64,000 nucleotides of DNA from Pseudomonadota bacterium (GCA_023402015.1 JAEXCU010000013.1:59604-123603), one strand, 5' to 3'; positions 48,615-58,267 are shown, counted from the stretch's first letter. The notes: generated by a model from the letters alone, not told the origin. Program-made: numbers and translations.

Positions 48615-49622
48615 TTATTCCATAACAATCATGATAACCTTGTGCATGGTGCGGCCGATAATTTTTTCTTCGGGTGAAGATACCTGGCCGTACAGTTTGC
48701 CCTTGGAATCTGCACGCACACTGACAATTTGTGCGGTGGCGGTATCATTGGAATCCAAAGAATTAAAATCTGTATCAATGCAAACGGCCAAATCACCAAC
48801 GACCGGCGCAATGTTCGCGTCCGCAAATACATATGATTTTTCAGGAATAAATCCGCCCATTCTTTTGGTGTTTGGAACAACGGCATAAATACCCTGGCGG
48901 CCTTCCAGTGTTAAGGGTGCCACAATCATTGTTTTGTCAGATTTTTTGAAACTGATTGCTTTGCCAGATGGAACACCGAACACAGGCACCAATTTTTTAC
49001 GTGCACTGTCGTATAATTTTGCGCCATACAAACTGCTGTGCATGTCAATGCCAGACAATGGATTGCCCGGAATCAGAACGGATTTTACGCGTTCTTTGAC
49101 CTTGTTAATTTGTTTATTTAAATCACCAGATTTATACAGGGTTGCAATTTTATCAAACAATGCATCAACACTGTATGCAAAGGATTTTGCCAATGGTTCA
49201 ATTTCATTTTGGTAAACTTCGCGTTGGCCAACCTCTATCTTGTGATAAACGGACAGGGTCATGCCGGCGTCTTTGGCCGCCTGGGCAATTGTTTTGCCGG
49301 TTTGTTGACGGATTTTGCGCAGGCCACTGCCGAATATTTTCAGGCCGCTGTCTTCGTTATCATTCATACGGCGTTTGATTTCGTTTTGCCATTGATTTGC
49401 AACATCGTCAGATTCTTTGATAAATATATCGGATAATTTGCAACCCAAAATATTGCAGATATTCAGCAATTGTTTTTGGTTCAGACGACGTACGCCTTTT
49501 TCAATTTTGGATACCGCAGACAAAGACAAATTGGATTGACGGGCCAATTCGGTCATTTTCATGCCCGCCGCCAAACGAATATTTCTGATGTTATTTGGGA
49601 AAATTATTTCTTCTTGGGCCAT
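48615..49622 (-). CDS. CI/LexA-like repressor: two XRE HTH domains plus C-terminal S24-like domain (catalytic Ser apparently absent)
   Basis: HTH1 MTELARQSNLSLSAVSKIEKG, HTH2 IAQAAKDAGMTLSVYHKIEVG; C-terminus KRMGGFIPEKSYVFADANIAPVVGDLAVCID resembles the LexA GDSM...GDLVLVD block, but G-D-S-M is replaced. Confidence 0.6.
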   Translation of the reverse strand: MAQEEIIFPNNIRNIRLAAGMKMTELARQSNLSLSAVSKIEKGVRRLNQKQLLNICNILGCKLSDIFIKESDDVANQWQNEIKRRMNDNEDSGLKIFGSGLRKIRQQTGKTIAQAAKDAGMTLSVYHKIEVGQREVYQNEIEPLAKSFAYSVDALFDKIATLYKSGDLNKQINKVKERVKSVLIPGNPLSGIDMHSSLYGAKLYDSARKKLVPVFGVPSGKAISFKKSDKTMIVAPLTLEGRQGIYAVVPNTKRMGGFIPEKSYVFADANIAPVVGDLAVCIDTDFNSLDSNDTATAQIVSVRADSKGKLYGQVSSPEEKIIGRTMHKVIMIVME

Positions 49623-49687
49623 CGCACAACTCCTGTACTATCTTGACAAAATATTAGTCAATTTTTATATGCTTGGCAAGAAAATAA

Positions 49688-51247
49688 TTACAAACCAATG
49701 TCGTCGGGAATTGCGTTGGCGTCAATAATTTCTGGTGCAAAATCGCCATCAGATGGTGAATTGTTCTGTGCGCCAGAATTTGTAAATCCACCGGAAGGAT
49801 TGATTTCAATTTCATCCAGATTGTCAAACAAACTGTAATCGCCAAAGAACGCCAAATGAACACTTTCGGGACGGCCATGTCGGTTTTTTCCGATGATAAC
49901 ATCCGCCTTGCCACGGGCGCGTTCCAGACGTTTTTGATAACTTTCCTGGATTTTATCGTTGGTGTTGCCCGACAATCGTTGGGACGGATCGCGATTTTCC
50001 AAATAGTATTCTTCGCGGTACGTGAACATAACAATGTCGGCGTCCTGTTCAATAGACCCCGATTCACGCAAATCGGCCAGTTGCGGACGTTTGTCATCGC
50101 GGGATTCAACGCTGCGCGACAACTGGGACAGGGCGATAACCGGCACATCCAATTCTTTGGCCAGCATTTTCAGACCACGTGTGATTTCGGAAATTTCCTG
50201 GACACGGTTATCATTGCGCCGGCCACCGGGCGACGTCATTAATTGCAGATAATCAATTACGATTAATGCAATACCGCCCGCCTTGCGCGCCAGACGACGT
50301 GCACGCGTGCGCATCATGGGAACGGACATACCGGGGGTGTCGTCAATGAACAGTGGGACCTTGCTGATGGCGGCACTGTATTGCGACATTTTTAAAAAAT
50401 CTTCGTCTGTCAATGTGCCTTCACGCATGGCCGATGCCGGAATTTTTGACTGCGATGCCAAAACACGCGCGGCCAATTGCGATGCAGACATTTCCAAACT
50501 GAAAAATGCGACGGCGCCTTTGTATTTTTCATTGGCGCGTCCGTACAGAATTGCATTTGCGGCATTAAACGCAATATTCATCGCCAGGGTTGTTTTACCC
50601 ATTGCGGGACGACCGGCGATGATAATTAAATCACTGTGGTGCAGACCGCTGATGGATTTGTCCAACGCGTTTAATCCGGTGGTCAGACCGGATAATTTTC
50701 CGTCGGCCTTGTATGCGATTTCTGCCTCTTGTAATGCGGATTGTAATGCGGTTGCAATTGACGACACTTCGCGTTCAGATGTACCCGATGTCGCCATTTC
50801 AAACAGTTGTTGTTCCGCCAATTCAATTTGGCGCGAAACAGGATTGTCCAAATCTTCTATGAATGCAGAATCAGTTATTGATTGCCCCAGGTTGATTAAA
50901 TCGCGCCGTAATGCGTTTTCATAAACAATACGGCCATATTGTTCAACATTAACAACCGTTGCACCCGCACCAGATAATTGCGTCAGATAATCAACACCGC
51001 CAACAGATTCCAATGTTCCCTGTTGGTCCAGATAATTTTTCGCCGTGATTATATCAAACGGAATACCTGCGGCAAATTGGCGTTCGGCCAATTTATAAAT
51101 TTCTTGGTGCGCAGGATGGGAAAAATGTTCCGGTTTCAGGAATTCAGCAACGCGTTCCAGCGCGCGGTTATTCATCAATACCGCGGCCAGGACGGCCTGT
51201 TCTGCTTCCAGATTTGTTGGCAAAGTTTTGGGAGTAAAGTCCATGTC
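49688..51247 (-). CDS. dnaB: replicative DNA helicase DnaB
   Basis: N-domain LPTNLEAEQAVLAAVLM, Walker A IIAGRPAMGKTTLAMN, H4 motif, Arg finger; ATG at 51245-51247; C-terminal extension of about 50 aa. Confidence 0.85.
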   Translation of the reverse strand, partial: DMDFTPKTLPTNLEAEQAVLAAVLMNNRALERVAEFLKPEHFSHPAHQEIYKLAERQFAAGIPFDIITAKNYLDQQGTLESVGGVDYLTQLSGAGATVVNVEQYGRIVYENALRRDLINLGQSITDSAFIEDLDNPVSRQIELAEQQLFEMATSGTSEREVSSIATALQSALQEAEIAYKADGKLSGLTTGLNALDKSISGLHHSDLIIIAGRPAMGKTTLAMNIAFNAANAILYGRANEKYKGAVAFFSLEMSASQLAARVLASQSKIPASAMREGTLTDEDFLKMSQYSAAISKVPLFIDDTPGMSVPMMRTRARRLARKAGGIALIVIDYLQLMTSPGGRRNDNRVQEISEITRGLKMLAKELDVPVIALSQLSRSVESRDDKRPQLADLRESGSIEQDADIVMFTYREEYYLENRDPSQRLSGNTNDKIQESYQKRLERARGKADVIIGKNRHGRPESVHLAFFGDYSLFDNLDEIEINPSGGFTNSGAQNNSPSDGDFAPEIIDANAIPDDIGL

Positions 51248-52091
51248 AGATATAGTATATAAAAATTTTGCTTTTTCAACGCCTTTTTTGCATGGATATC
51301 GTGAATTAAGAATTCCGATTGTGGATGCCAATGGTGTGCCCGCGTGGCCGGATGTTTATCCGATTTCACGAATAGAAATGTTGCGTGAAACGGTTGGGCC
51401 GCGGCACTTTTCATCCCAGATGATGTTGGAATTCGTATCCATGGACCGGGCGCGGTTGGACCCGGATGCGTTGCACATGTATAATGCGGATTTTGATGCG
51501 CGCACGGCAAAAATTGGTGATAACCAAATTACCAGCGTGGTGGTGTATTGGGACCCGTCCACGGGACGCGCAGGACGCGACGGCAGTGTTTGCGTATTGC
51601 TGTATCGTGATGACCATGCGCGACGCGCATTCATTCACGATGTTGTATATCTGACCGTGTCAGACGGTGAACTGCACCCATTGGCGCGGCAATGCGAAAT
51701 GATATTGGATTTTATGCGCCGTCATGGTGTGGGGCGAATTATCATTGAGACAAACGGTATCGGAAACGCGTTGCCTGAAATTATGCGCGATGTCGCAACG
51801 CGCCGTGGCGCGGGTATTAATGTCCAGAAAATCACAAATAATAAAAATAAACAGACGCGAATCCTGGATGCGATTGAACCCGTGCTGACCACCGGGCGCC
51901 TGTATGCGCATGCGCGCGTTCAACATACACCATTACTGGCAGAAATGCTGGGGTGGTGCCCGATTGGGACCACCGGCCATGACGACGGATTGGATGCATT
52001 GGCCGGTGCAATAACGGCCGTGCCAACGCCCGTTCGCCCATTGGGTGGGCGTGTTCGCCCCATAATGGCAAATACAAATTTTACCATTTAA
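51243..52091 (+). CDS. terminase large subunit, C-terminal nuclease fragment
   Basis: RNaseH-like nuclease acidic residues VVVYWDPSTGRAGRDGS, IIIETNGIG, GHDDGLDAL (Terminase_6C pattern); GGGAG RBS; ATG 51243. Confidence 0.65.
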   Translation: MSDIVYKNFAFSTPFLHGYRELRIPIVDANGVPAWPDVYPISRIEMLRETVGPRHFSSQMMLEFVSMDRARLDPDALHMYNADFDARTAKIGDNQITSVVVYWDPSTGRAGRDGSVCVLLYRDDHARRAFIHDVVYLTVSDGELHPLARQCEMILDFMRRHGVGRIIIETNGIGNALPEIMRDVATRRGAGINVQKITNNKNKQTRILDAIEPVLTTGRLYAHARVQHTPLLAEMLGWCPIGTTGHDDGLDALAGAITAVPTPVRPLGGRVRPIMANTNFTI

Positions 52092-52174
52092 AGATTTGTT
52101 CAGATATTTCATATGGAAAATATCTGCCACAAAAATTATGCGAAATAAATTTGCAAAGAAAAAAGGATTTAATT

Positions 52175-53407
52175 ATGCAAACAGATTTAAATAATTTGCA
52201 GCAAATGTATCGTCGTGCGCTGGATGCGCGTTCGCCGTGGCTGGCCCGGTGGGACAGTGCAAAAAAATACACCATGCCAACCGCCGATGATGATTTGGCG
52301 GTTTTGTTTGACGCGACCGCGGCAGACGCGGTTGATAACCTGGCCGCGTCAATGTATTCATTGCTGACCCCGCCGGAATCATTATGGTTGAATCTGGTGC
52401 CGGAAAGTGATGCGTCGCCCGACGCCGCCACGGCAACGGGGGCACTGCGTGCGAACATAAACGATTCAAATTTTTATACGACAATTCATCAATGCTATCT
52501 GGATTTGGTGGTTTTGGGTACGGCATGTTTATTCATGTCGGAAAACCCAATTGGTGGTGCGTCTGCGTTTTCTTTTACCGCAATTCCGATGACGGATATC
52601 GCAATTCTGCCGGGGGCGGTTTTTCATACCACGTCCATGCCGGCGCGCGATGTTATGGAAAAATATCCCACATGGACACCACCGGCGGATTTACGCGATA
52701 AAATAAAAAAAGACCCCGATACCCCGCTGCGTTTGGTGCAAAGTTTGGTTAATACGGAATTTACCGCGTGGTTGGATGTGGGTGGGAATATACAAAACAA
52801 TATTGTGTCGCGTGGAACGTTTGAAACCAATCCGTATTTAATATTTCGCTGGTCGCTGGCCAGTGGTGAAATATACGGGCGCAGTCCGGTTATGCGGGCA
52901 TTACCCGATATTAAAACCGCAAACAAAGTCGTTGAATTGGTGTTAAAAAACGCAACCATTGCCGTTTCCGGCATATGGCAGGCCGATGACGACGGTGTAA
53001 TAAACCTGGCAAATATAAACCTGACGCCGGGTGCAATTATACCCAAGGCCGTTGGTTCATCGGGCCTGACCCCGCTGTCCGCCGGGGCCGATTTTGATGT
53101 TTCCCAGATAATATTAACAGACCTGCGCGATAGAATCAGACACGCATTGTTGGCGGACCGTTTGGGATTGTTGAGTGAAAAAGAAATGACGGCGACCGAA
53201 ATAATGGCGCGCAACGCCGATATGATGCGCATATTGGGTGCAACGTACGGACGACTGTTGCATGAATTTATCCGACCATTATGCGAACGCGGATTACAAA
53301 TTTTATCGCGTCGCGGTGTTATTCCAAAAATATCACTGCATGGCGATGCGGAATTAAAATATATTGCGCCGATTGCCCAAATGGCCGCGGCAGAAAATGT
53401 TATATAG
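52175..53407 (+). CDS. T7 gp8-like portal (head-tail connector) protein
   Basis: NLAASMYSLLTPPESLWLNL aligns with T7 gp8 NLASKLMLALFPMQTWMRL; about 410 aa; position after terminase. Confidence 0.6.
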   Translation: MQTDLNNLQQMYRRALDARSPWLARWDSAKKYTMPTADDDLAVLFDATAADAVDNLAASMYSLLTPPESLWLNLVPESDASPDAATATGALRANINDSNFYTTIHQCYLDLVVLGTACLFMSENPIGGASAFSFTAIPMTDIAILPGAVFHTTSMPARDVMEKYPTWTPPADLRDKIKKDPDTPLRLVQSLVNTEFTAWLDVGGNIQNNIVSRGTFETNPYLIFRWSLASGEIYGRSPVMRALPDIKTANKVVELVLKNATIAVSGIWQADDDGVINLANINLTPGAIIPKAVGSSGLTPLSAGADFDVSQIILTDLRDRIRHALLADRLGLLSEKEMTATEIMARNADMMRILGATYGRLLHEFIRPLCERGLQILSRRGVIPKISLHGDAELKYIAPIAQMAAAENVI

Positions 53408-53417
53408 GGGTAAAATC

Positions 53418-53609
53418 ATGAAAGAAATAGAATTAAATTATGCACGCTGCTTTGGTACCGCCGCGGGCGCCGCGGTATTGGCGCACCTGCGTCGGATTAC
53501 GATTGAACGTGCCCTGGGGCCGGATGCAACCGATGCGCAACTGCGTGGGTTGGAAGCGCAGCGCACCCTGGTACATCAAATTGAAAATATGATAGAGCGG
53601 GGTAAATAA
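53418..53609 (+). CDS. small hypothetical protein
   Basis: 63 aa, AGGGGTAAAATCATG RBS. Confidence 0.4.
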   Translation: MKEIELNYARCFGTAAGAAVLAHLRRITIERALGPDATDAQLRGLEAQRTLVHQIENMIERGK

Positions 53610-53611
53610 CC

Positions 53612-53869
53612 ATGTCATCACAGCAAAGCGCAATGGGCATTGTGGATTTTCTGCGCGACAGTTGGTTTTTAATTGCATTTATTGCCGGCATGATTTATTG
53701 GGTCGCGCGCCAGGATTCATCCCTGGCCGATATCCAGCGTGCCGACCAGCGTTTAACATCATTGGAAAACCGCACGACAATACTGGAAACAGGCATTGGC
53801 CAATTGCAGATAAAAATAGACGGCATCAAAGATGACGTTGCATTAATAAAAACCGCCGTTATAAAATAA
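53612..53869 (+). CDS. membrane-anchored coiled-coil protein (i-spanin/holin-like)
   Basis: One N-terminal TM (WFLIAFIAGMIYWV) followed by coiled coil; 85 aa. Confidence 0.4.
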   Translation: MSSQQSAMGIVDFLRDSWFLIAFIAGMIYWVARQDSSLADIQRADQRLTSLENRTTILETGIGQLQIKIDGIKDDVALIKTAVIK

Positions 53870-53904
53870 AGAATAACCGCCGAATTTTATTTCGGCGATT
53901 TTGT

Positions 53905-54138
53905 TCAGATTTTGGGCCAGTTTTCGCCCTTGATTAAATCAGGCTGGGTCGCATTTATAAACAGATACATTTGATATATGCTGATTGGTTTCTGGGCCGA
54001 TTCATATTGTTGATATTCAACCAATGATACGCCCAATTTATCGGCAATGAATTGCTGGGATAAACCCAACTTTTCACGTGTTGCGCGAATTGATGCGGCA
54101 ATTTCCTGATAGAACATTTGTTCATTTTTATTTTGCAT
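53905..54138 (-). CDS. small XRE-family HTH protein (paralog C)
   Basis: ATG 54136-54138 after GGGGAGGGGATAACAAAC; HTH LSQQFIADKLGVSLVEYQQYESA; 78 aa. Confidence 0.6.
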   Translation of the reverse strand: MQNKNEQMFYQEIAASIRATREKLGLSQQFIADKLGVSLVEYQQYESAQKPISIYQMYLFINATQPDLIKGENWPKI

Positions 54139-54356
54139 GTTTGTTATCCCCTCCCCACACTTGCTCCGATGAAATACCACCATATAAATATGGTGGTTGG
54201 AGTTTAAGAACAATTGAGTGAATTGCGTGCTCTATTCAATATATTCAGCACACTCCAACCACTTGGTTGGACTTTCACCCGCTTTGGATGAAACACTCAA
54301 GGGATTCTTACGCCCCATGGCAGAAATCACGCTGCCACAGAAAGATTATATGGTTT
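54139..54356 (-). ncRNA. structured RNA leader, family member C
   Basis: Minus strand: CCATATAAT -10, hairpin GGCAGCGTGATTTCTGCC, CTCCAACCAAGTGGTTGGAGTGTGCTGAATAT, terminal hairpin CCACCATATTTATATGGTGG + TATTT, then RBS. Confidence 0.5.
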
Positions 54357-54377
54357 ATTTCACAGTTTCGCAAGATT

Positions 54378-54403
54378 AAAAAACGCCCGTAATTGGGCGT
54401 TTT
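54378..54403. terminator. intrinsic terminator after rne
   Basis: aaaaaacgcccgtaattgggcgtttt. Confidence 0.6.
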
Positions 54404-54407
54404 ATTT

Positions 54408-56204
54408 TTATCCAACCAATTTCTTCCAGATACTGGGCTTTTTTTCAGGTTGTTTTTTACGTCTGCGACGTGGCGTTGACATTGTTGTCTTTTTCGCATC
54501 CACATGTTGTGCATTTTTCTTTTTTGCATCGGTTGATGGTGCAAATGCGGTCAACAAATCTTCGGTTTTGTTTTGTTCGGGGGCAACACGCTGGATTGAA
54601 TATTGGTCAATATTCATCAGGCTGTCGTCGCCAACAATAACAATTTCTGTTTCAAATTTTGCCTCCATTTCCGCCAATTCTGCGCGTTTATGATTCAACA
54701 GATAAATCGCAACATCGGTCGGAACCGTCATAATGATTTTCTGGGCACTTTTGGCCAACAGTTTTTCCTGTAAATGACGGAACAAAATTATCGCGGCGGT
54801 TTGAATGGATGGTACAACGCCGGCGCCCATGCAATGTGGACACTGGACATACGAAGATTCCATAAAACTGCTGCGTAATCTTTGGCGTGATAACATTAAA
54901 ACACCAAAGTTATTAATTTTGGCAACCTGGGTGCGTGCGCGGTCGCGCTTCATAACTTCGCGCATTTTCATTTCCAATTTGCGGTTGTTGCGTTCTTCTT
55001 CCATATCAATAAAGTCAATTGCAACAATGCCCGCCAAATCGCGCAAACGCAATTGCAGGGCGATTTCTTCGGCCGCTTCCAGATTGGTATTCAGGGCCGT
55101 TTGCTCTATATCTTTTTCTTTAATCGCGCGTGAAGAATTCACGTCAATGGTAACCATTGCCTCGGTCTGATTAATGACCAATGAACCGCCCGACGGCAAT
55201 TGAACATATGGTCCATGCAAACCTTCCAATTGTTTTTCAACGCCCGCCTTGACCATTAATGGAACAGCGGTATCTTTGTATTGCACCAATTGTTTGCGTG
55301 GTGCACGGCCATACATTTGCTGAAAATATTGTTTGGCGGCATCAAATGCATCTTCGCCTTGAATAACCAAGACATCTTCTTTGTCGGACAAGAAATCGCG
55401 TACCACGCGGCGCAATAATGAATCTTCGGTATGAATGGTCACAGGTGCCACCGATTCCAGTGTGATTTTGCGGATTTCATTCCATAAATTCACCAGGTAA
55501 TCATAATCGGCCGCAACATCTGCCGCCGCGGCGCCAAATGCCGCCGTGCGCAGAACAACCGTCATGCCCTTGGGTATTTTTAAACCATGCAGAATATCGC
55601 GCAGACGGGCGCGTTCGGATTTGTCCGAAATCTTTTTGGAAATTCCATAACTGTTGCGTTTACGGGAATTGGGCATTAACACCGCAAAACGTCCCGCCAG
55701 CGACAGGTATGTCGTCATGGACGCACCTTTTTGGCCGCGTTCTTCCTTGACACCCTGGACCAGCAAGATTTGCTTTGGCTTGATAACGTCCTGGATTTTA
55801 AATTCGCGTGCGCGTTTAACAAATTCTTTGTTGTCTTCGCCGGCACTGTGGTCATCGTATTCGGCAACTTCGTCCCCTTCGTCATCTGGGTCGTCGTCAT
55901 CGTCAACAATATTGGCGTGTGCCAATTCCAACAGTTTCTTTTTTTGTTCTGGGTTTACCTGATAATAATCGGGATGAATTTCAGAAAACGGTAAGAATCC
56001 GTTTTTCCCCGATCCATAATCTACAAACGCCGCCTGCAAAGATGGTTCTACGCGTATGACCTTGGCCAGATAAATATTTCCCTTTATCTGGGGTTTTGTC
56101 GTTGTTTCAACGTCAAAATCAGAAACACGCCCGGTTGCGGTATCCACCACAACCACCCGCGTTTCTTCCGGGTGGACTGCGTCCACATAAATCTTCTTTG
56201 ACAT
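54408..56204 (-). CDS. rne: ribonuclease E/G family endoribonuclease (short RNase E)
   Basis: S1 domain and catalytic core (MSKKIYVDAVHPEETRVVVVD...GNIYLAKVIRVEPSLQAAFVDYG), Arg/Lys-rich tail. Confidence 0.8.
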   Translation of the reverse strand: MSKKIYVDAVHPEETRVVVVDTATGRVSDFDVETTTKPQIKGNIYLAKVIRVEPSLQAAFVDYGSGKNGFLPFSEIHPDYYQVNPEQKKKLLELAHANIVDDDDDPDDEGDEVAEYDDHSAGEDNKEFVKRAREFKIQDVIKPKQILLVQGVKEERGQKGASMTTYLSLAGRFAVLMPNSRKRNSYGISKKISDKSERARLRDILHGLKIPKGMTVVLRTAAFGAAAADVAADYDYLVNLWNEIRKITLESVAPVTIHTEDSLLRRVVRDFLSDKEDVLVIQGEDAFDAAKQYFQQMYGRAPRKQLVQYKDTAVPLMVKAGVEKQLEGLHGPYVQLPSGGSLVINQTEAMVTIDVNSSRAIKEKDIEQTALNTNLEAAEEIALQLRLRDLAGIVAIDFIDMEEERNNRKLEMKMREVMKRDRARTQVAKINNFGVLMLSRQRLRSSFMESSYVQCPHCMGAGVVPSIQTAAIILFRHLQEKLLAKSAQKIIMTVPTDVAIYLLNHKRAELAEMEAKFETEIVIVGDDSLMNIDQYSIQRVAPEQNKTEDLLTAFAPSTDAKKKNAQHVDAKKTTMSTPRRRRKKQPEKKPSIWKKLVG

Positions 56205-56409
56205 TCAGTAATCCTTTTGTTTTGTGCGCGTATGCAATGGATATAACCCGTCCCCGTGGGGCGTCCAAGCCCATGCCAAGGGAATGCGCAACGATGACAA
56301 ACAGCGCAAAGCGAATTACATAAAATAGTGATAATACAAACACTTATATTAACCCCATATCATACACATCCCCCAGCATAGCATGTGGCGGCGTCATATG
56401 GCAAGGTAT

Positions 56410-57429
56410 TTATTTTTTGATTTTTTTGGAATTTTTGGTCAGGTGCGGAATAACCTGTTTGGCTTCGTCCAACAGACGCTTCATCCGTGCACGCAACCAA
56501 TTTTCATATATAAAGAACAATCCGCCCACGCCAATCAGTGGCAACACATAATAAATTATGCGATACGCCAACAGGGCGCCAAATATGTCGGCCTTGTCCA
56601 CGGTGTCCGGCAACGCCAGCAAGAAAACACTTTCAAATACACCGATGCCACCTGGGACCTGGCTGAATACGCCGGTGGTCTGGGCCACAACAAACAGGCC
56701 GATATACGTCCAAAACGGTATTTCAACAAACGGCCGCAGGCAGAAATACAATACCAATCCGGCCAGAACACTGTCCGTTATACCCAACAACATTTGCATC
56801 AGGGCCATTTGGGTCGTCGGTATTTGAAATTTTAATTGGCCGATTTTAATGCTTTTGCCATGAAAGAATATTGTCATGGCGAAATATATTAATAACGCCA
56901 CAATGCAAATTACAAACAGGGTGCTGATACCAATACTGGCCCCGGCAGATCGGTTGAATAATTCGGCCGGCACCATAAAATACCCGATAATTAAGATTGC
57001 CGCCGCACCCAGAAAATATGTAAATCCGGATATGGTCAGCATTTTTACAATGTCGCCACCATGTATGCGCCAACGTGTATACAGGCGATATCTTATGGCC
57101 CCACCTGATACAACGGCGTGTCCGGCATTATTGCTGATTGCAAAGCCCAACATCCCGGCCAACATCCATTTCCACCAAGAAACCTTTTTATTTTCACCCA
57201 CATACCGCAATGCCAGGTAATCATACAGTGATAATGATAAATATCCCAATAAACATGCCACGCACGCCGCAATCAGGTTTGGTACCGGAATTGCGACCAA
57301 CGCGCGCAAAATGTCTGACATGCTGTAATTACGCAATTGCCACCACAACATTACGGCGGCCAGAATAAAAAAGAAAATGCCCGAATAACTTATTAACTTT
57401 TTCAACAGGCGTTTCGTCTTGGCTGACAT
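56410..57429 (-). CDS. MprF-like flippase/LPG-synthase TM-domain protein (UPF0104)
   Basis: 339 aa polytopic membrane protein with the lysylphosphatidylglycerol synthase TM-region layout. Confidence 0.6.
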   Translation of the reverse strand: MSAKTKRLLKKLISYSGIFFFILAAVMLWWQLRNYSMSDILRALVAIPVPNLIAACVACLLGYLSLSLYDYLALRYVGENKKVSWWKWMLAGMLGFAISNNAGHAVVSGGAIRYRLYTRWRIHGGDIVKMLTISGFTYFLGAAAILIIGYFMVPAELFNRSAGASIGISTLFVICIVALLIYFAMTIFFHGKSIKIGQLKFQIPTTQMALMQMLLGITDSVLAGLVLYFCLRPFVEIPFWTYIGLFVVAQTTGVFSQVPGGIGVFESVFLLALPDTVDKADIFGALLAYRIIYYVLPLIGVGGLFFIYENWLRARMKRLLDEAKQVIPHLTKNSKKIKK

Positions 57430-57550
57430 AAAAATCCTTTTTCAGGTTTTGCAGGATACCAATATCCAAAATAAAATGCAAATTTAAAAAAAATTGCAAT
57501 CAGTGTACTTTATTATATACTAATCATGAAATTTAACCAAAGGTAATTAA

Positions 57551-58267
57551 ATGTTGCGTCCATCATTGCGTAAACCAGATCAAATGCGTCCTGTGTCATT
57601 GGAAACAGGCGTAAACAAATGGGCCGAAGGGTCATGCCTGATAAAAATGGGCGGAACCCAGGTTTTGTGTACGGCATCGGTGGATTTAAATCAACCATTG
57701 TGGAAACGGATTCAGAATAAAACAGGCGGTTGGGTAACGGCCGAATATTCCATGCTGCCCCGGTCGGTTGGTATGCGCAAAAATCGCGAAACGTTAATGA
57801 AAGACCATCGCAGTGCGGAAATTTCCCGTCTGATTGGTCGGGCATTTCGCAGTGTCGTGGACATGGAAAAATTGGGCCGTCATACGATTACAATTGATTG
57901 CGATGTGATTCAGGCCGACGGTGGCACGCGTTGCGCGTCAATTACGGGCGGGTTTGTTGCGCTGGCACTGGCGGTGCGTTGGTTATTGGACCAGGGCCGC
58001 ATTCGTGAAAACCCAATTCGGGAACATGTTGCCGCAATTTCGGCCGGTCTGTGGGACAATGAATTAATATTGGATTTGGATTACGAAGAAGATTGTGTTG
58101 CCGAATTGGACGCAAATTTTGTCGTTTCCGGAAATGGAAAATTTGTAGAAGTTCAGGCCACCGGCGAACAGCATCCATTTACCCAGGAACAAATTGTAAA
58201 ATTAATGGAAATGGCGTCTGCGGGTTGCGAAAAATTAATCGCCATGCAGCACCAGGTTTTGGAATAA
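57551..58267 (+). CDS. rph: ribonuclease PH
   Basis: 238 aa; RNase PH phosphate-binding region TGGWVTAEYSMLPRS...; CDVIQADGGTRCASITG. Confidence 0.9.
   Translation: MLRPSLRKPDQMRPVSLETGVNKWAEGSCLIKMGGTQVLCTASVDLNQPLWKRIQNKTGGWVTAEYSMLPRSVGMRKNRETLMKDHRSAEISRLIGRAFRSVVDMEKLGRHTITIDCDVIQADGGTRCASITGGFVALALAVRWLLDQGRIRENPIREHVAAISAGLWDNELILDLDYEEDCVAELDANFVVSGNGKFVEVQATGEQHPFTQEQIVKLMEMASAGCEKLIAMQHQVLE

Larger units (their letters stand above)
41088..54138. mobile_element. reduced T7-like prophage/late-gene cluster between birA and rne
   Basis: T7-like scaffold, portal, fibre N-domain and terminase homologs plus lysis genes; no integrase, RNAP or DNAP seen. Confidence 0.55.

Noticed and set aside
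47901-51247. Insertion in the terminase considered as intein or group I/II intron
   Set aside because: It contains three full protein-coding genes on the opposite strand with their own RBSs and a complete dnaB. That is incompatible with an intein or a simple intron/homing endonuclease.
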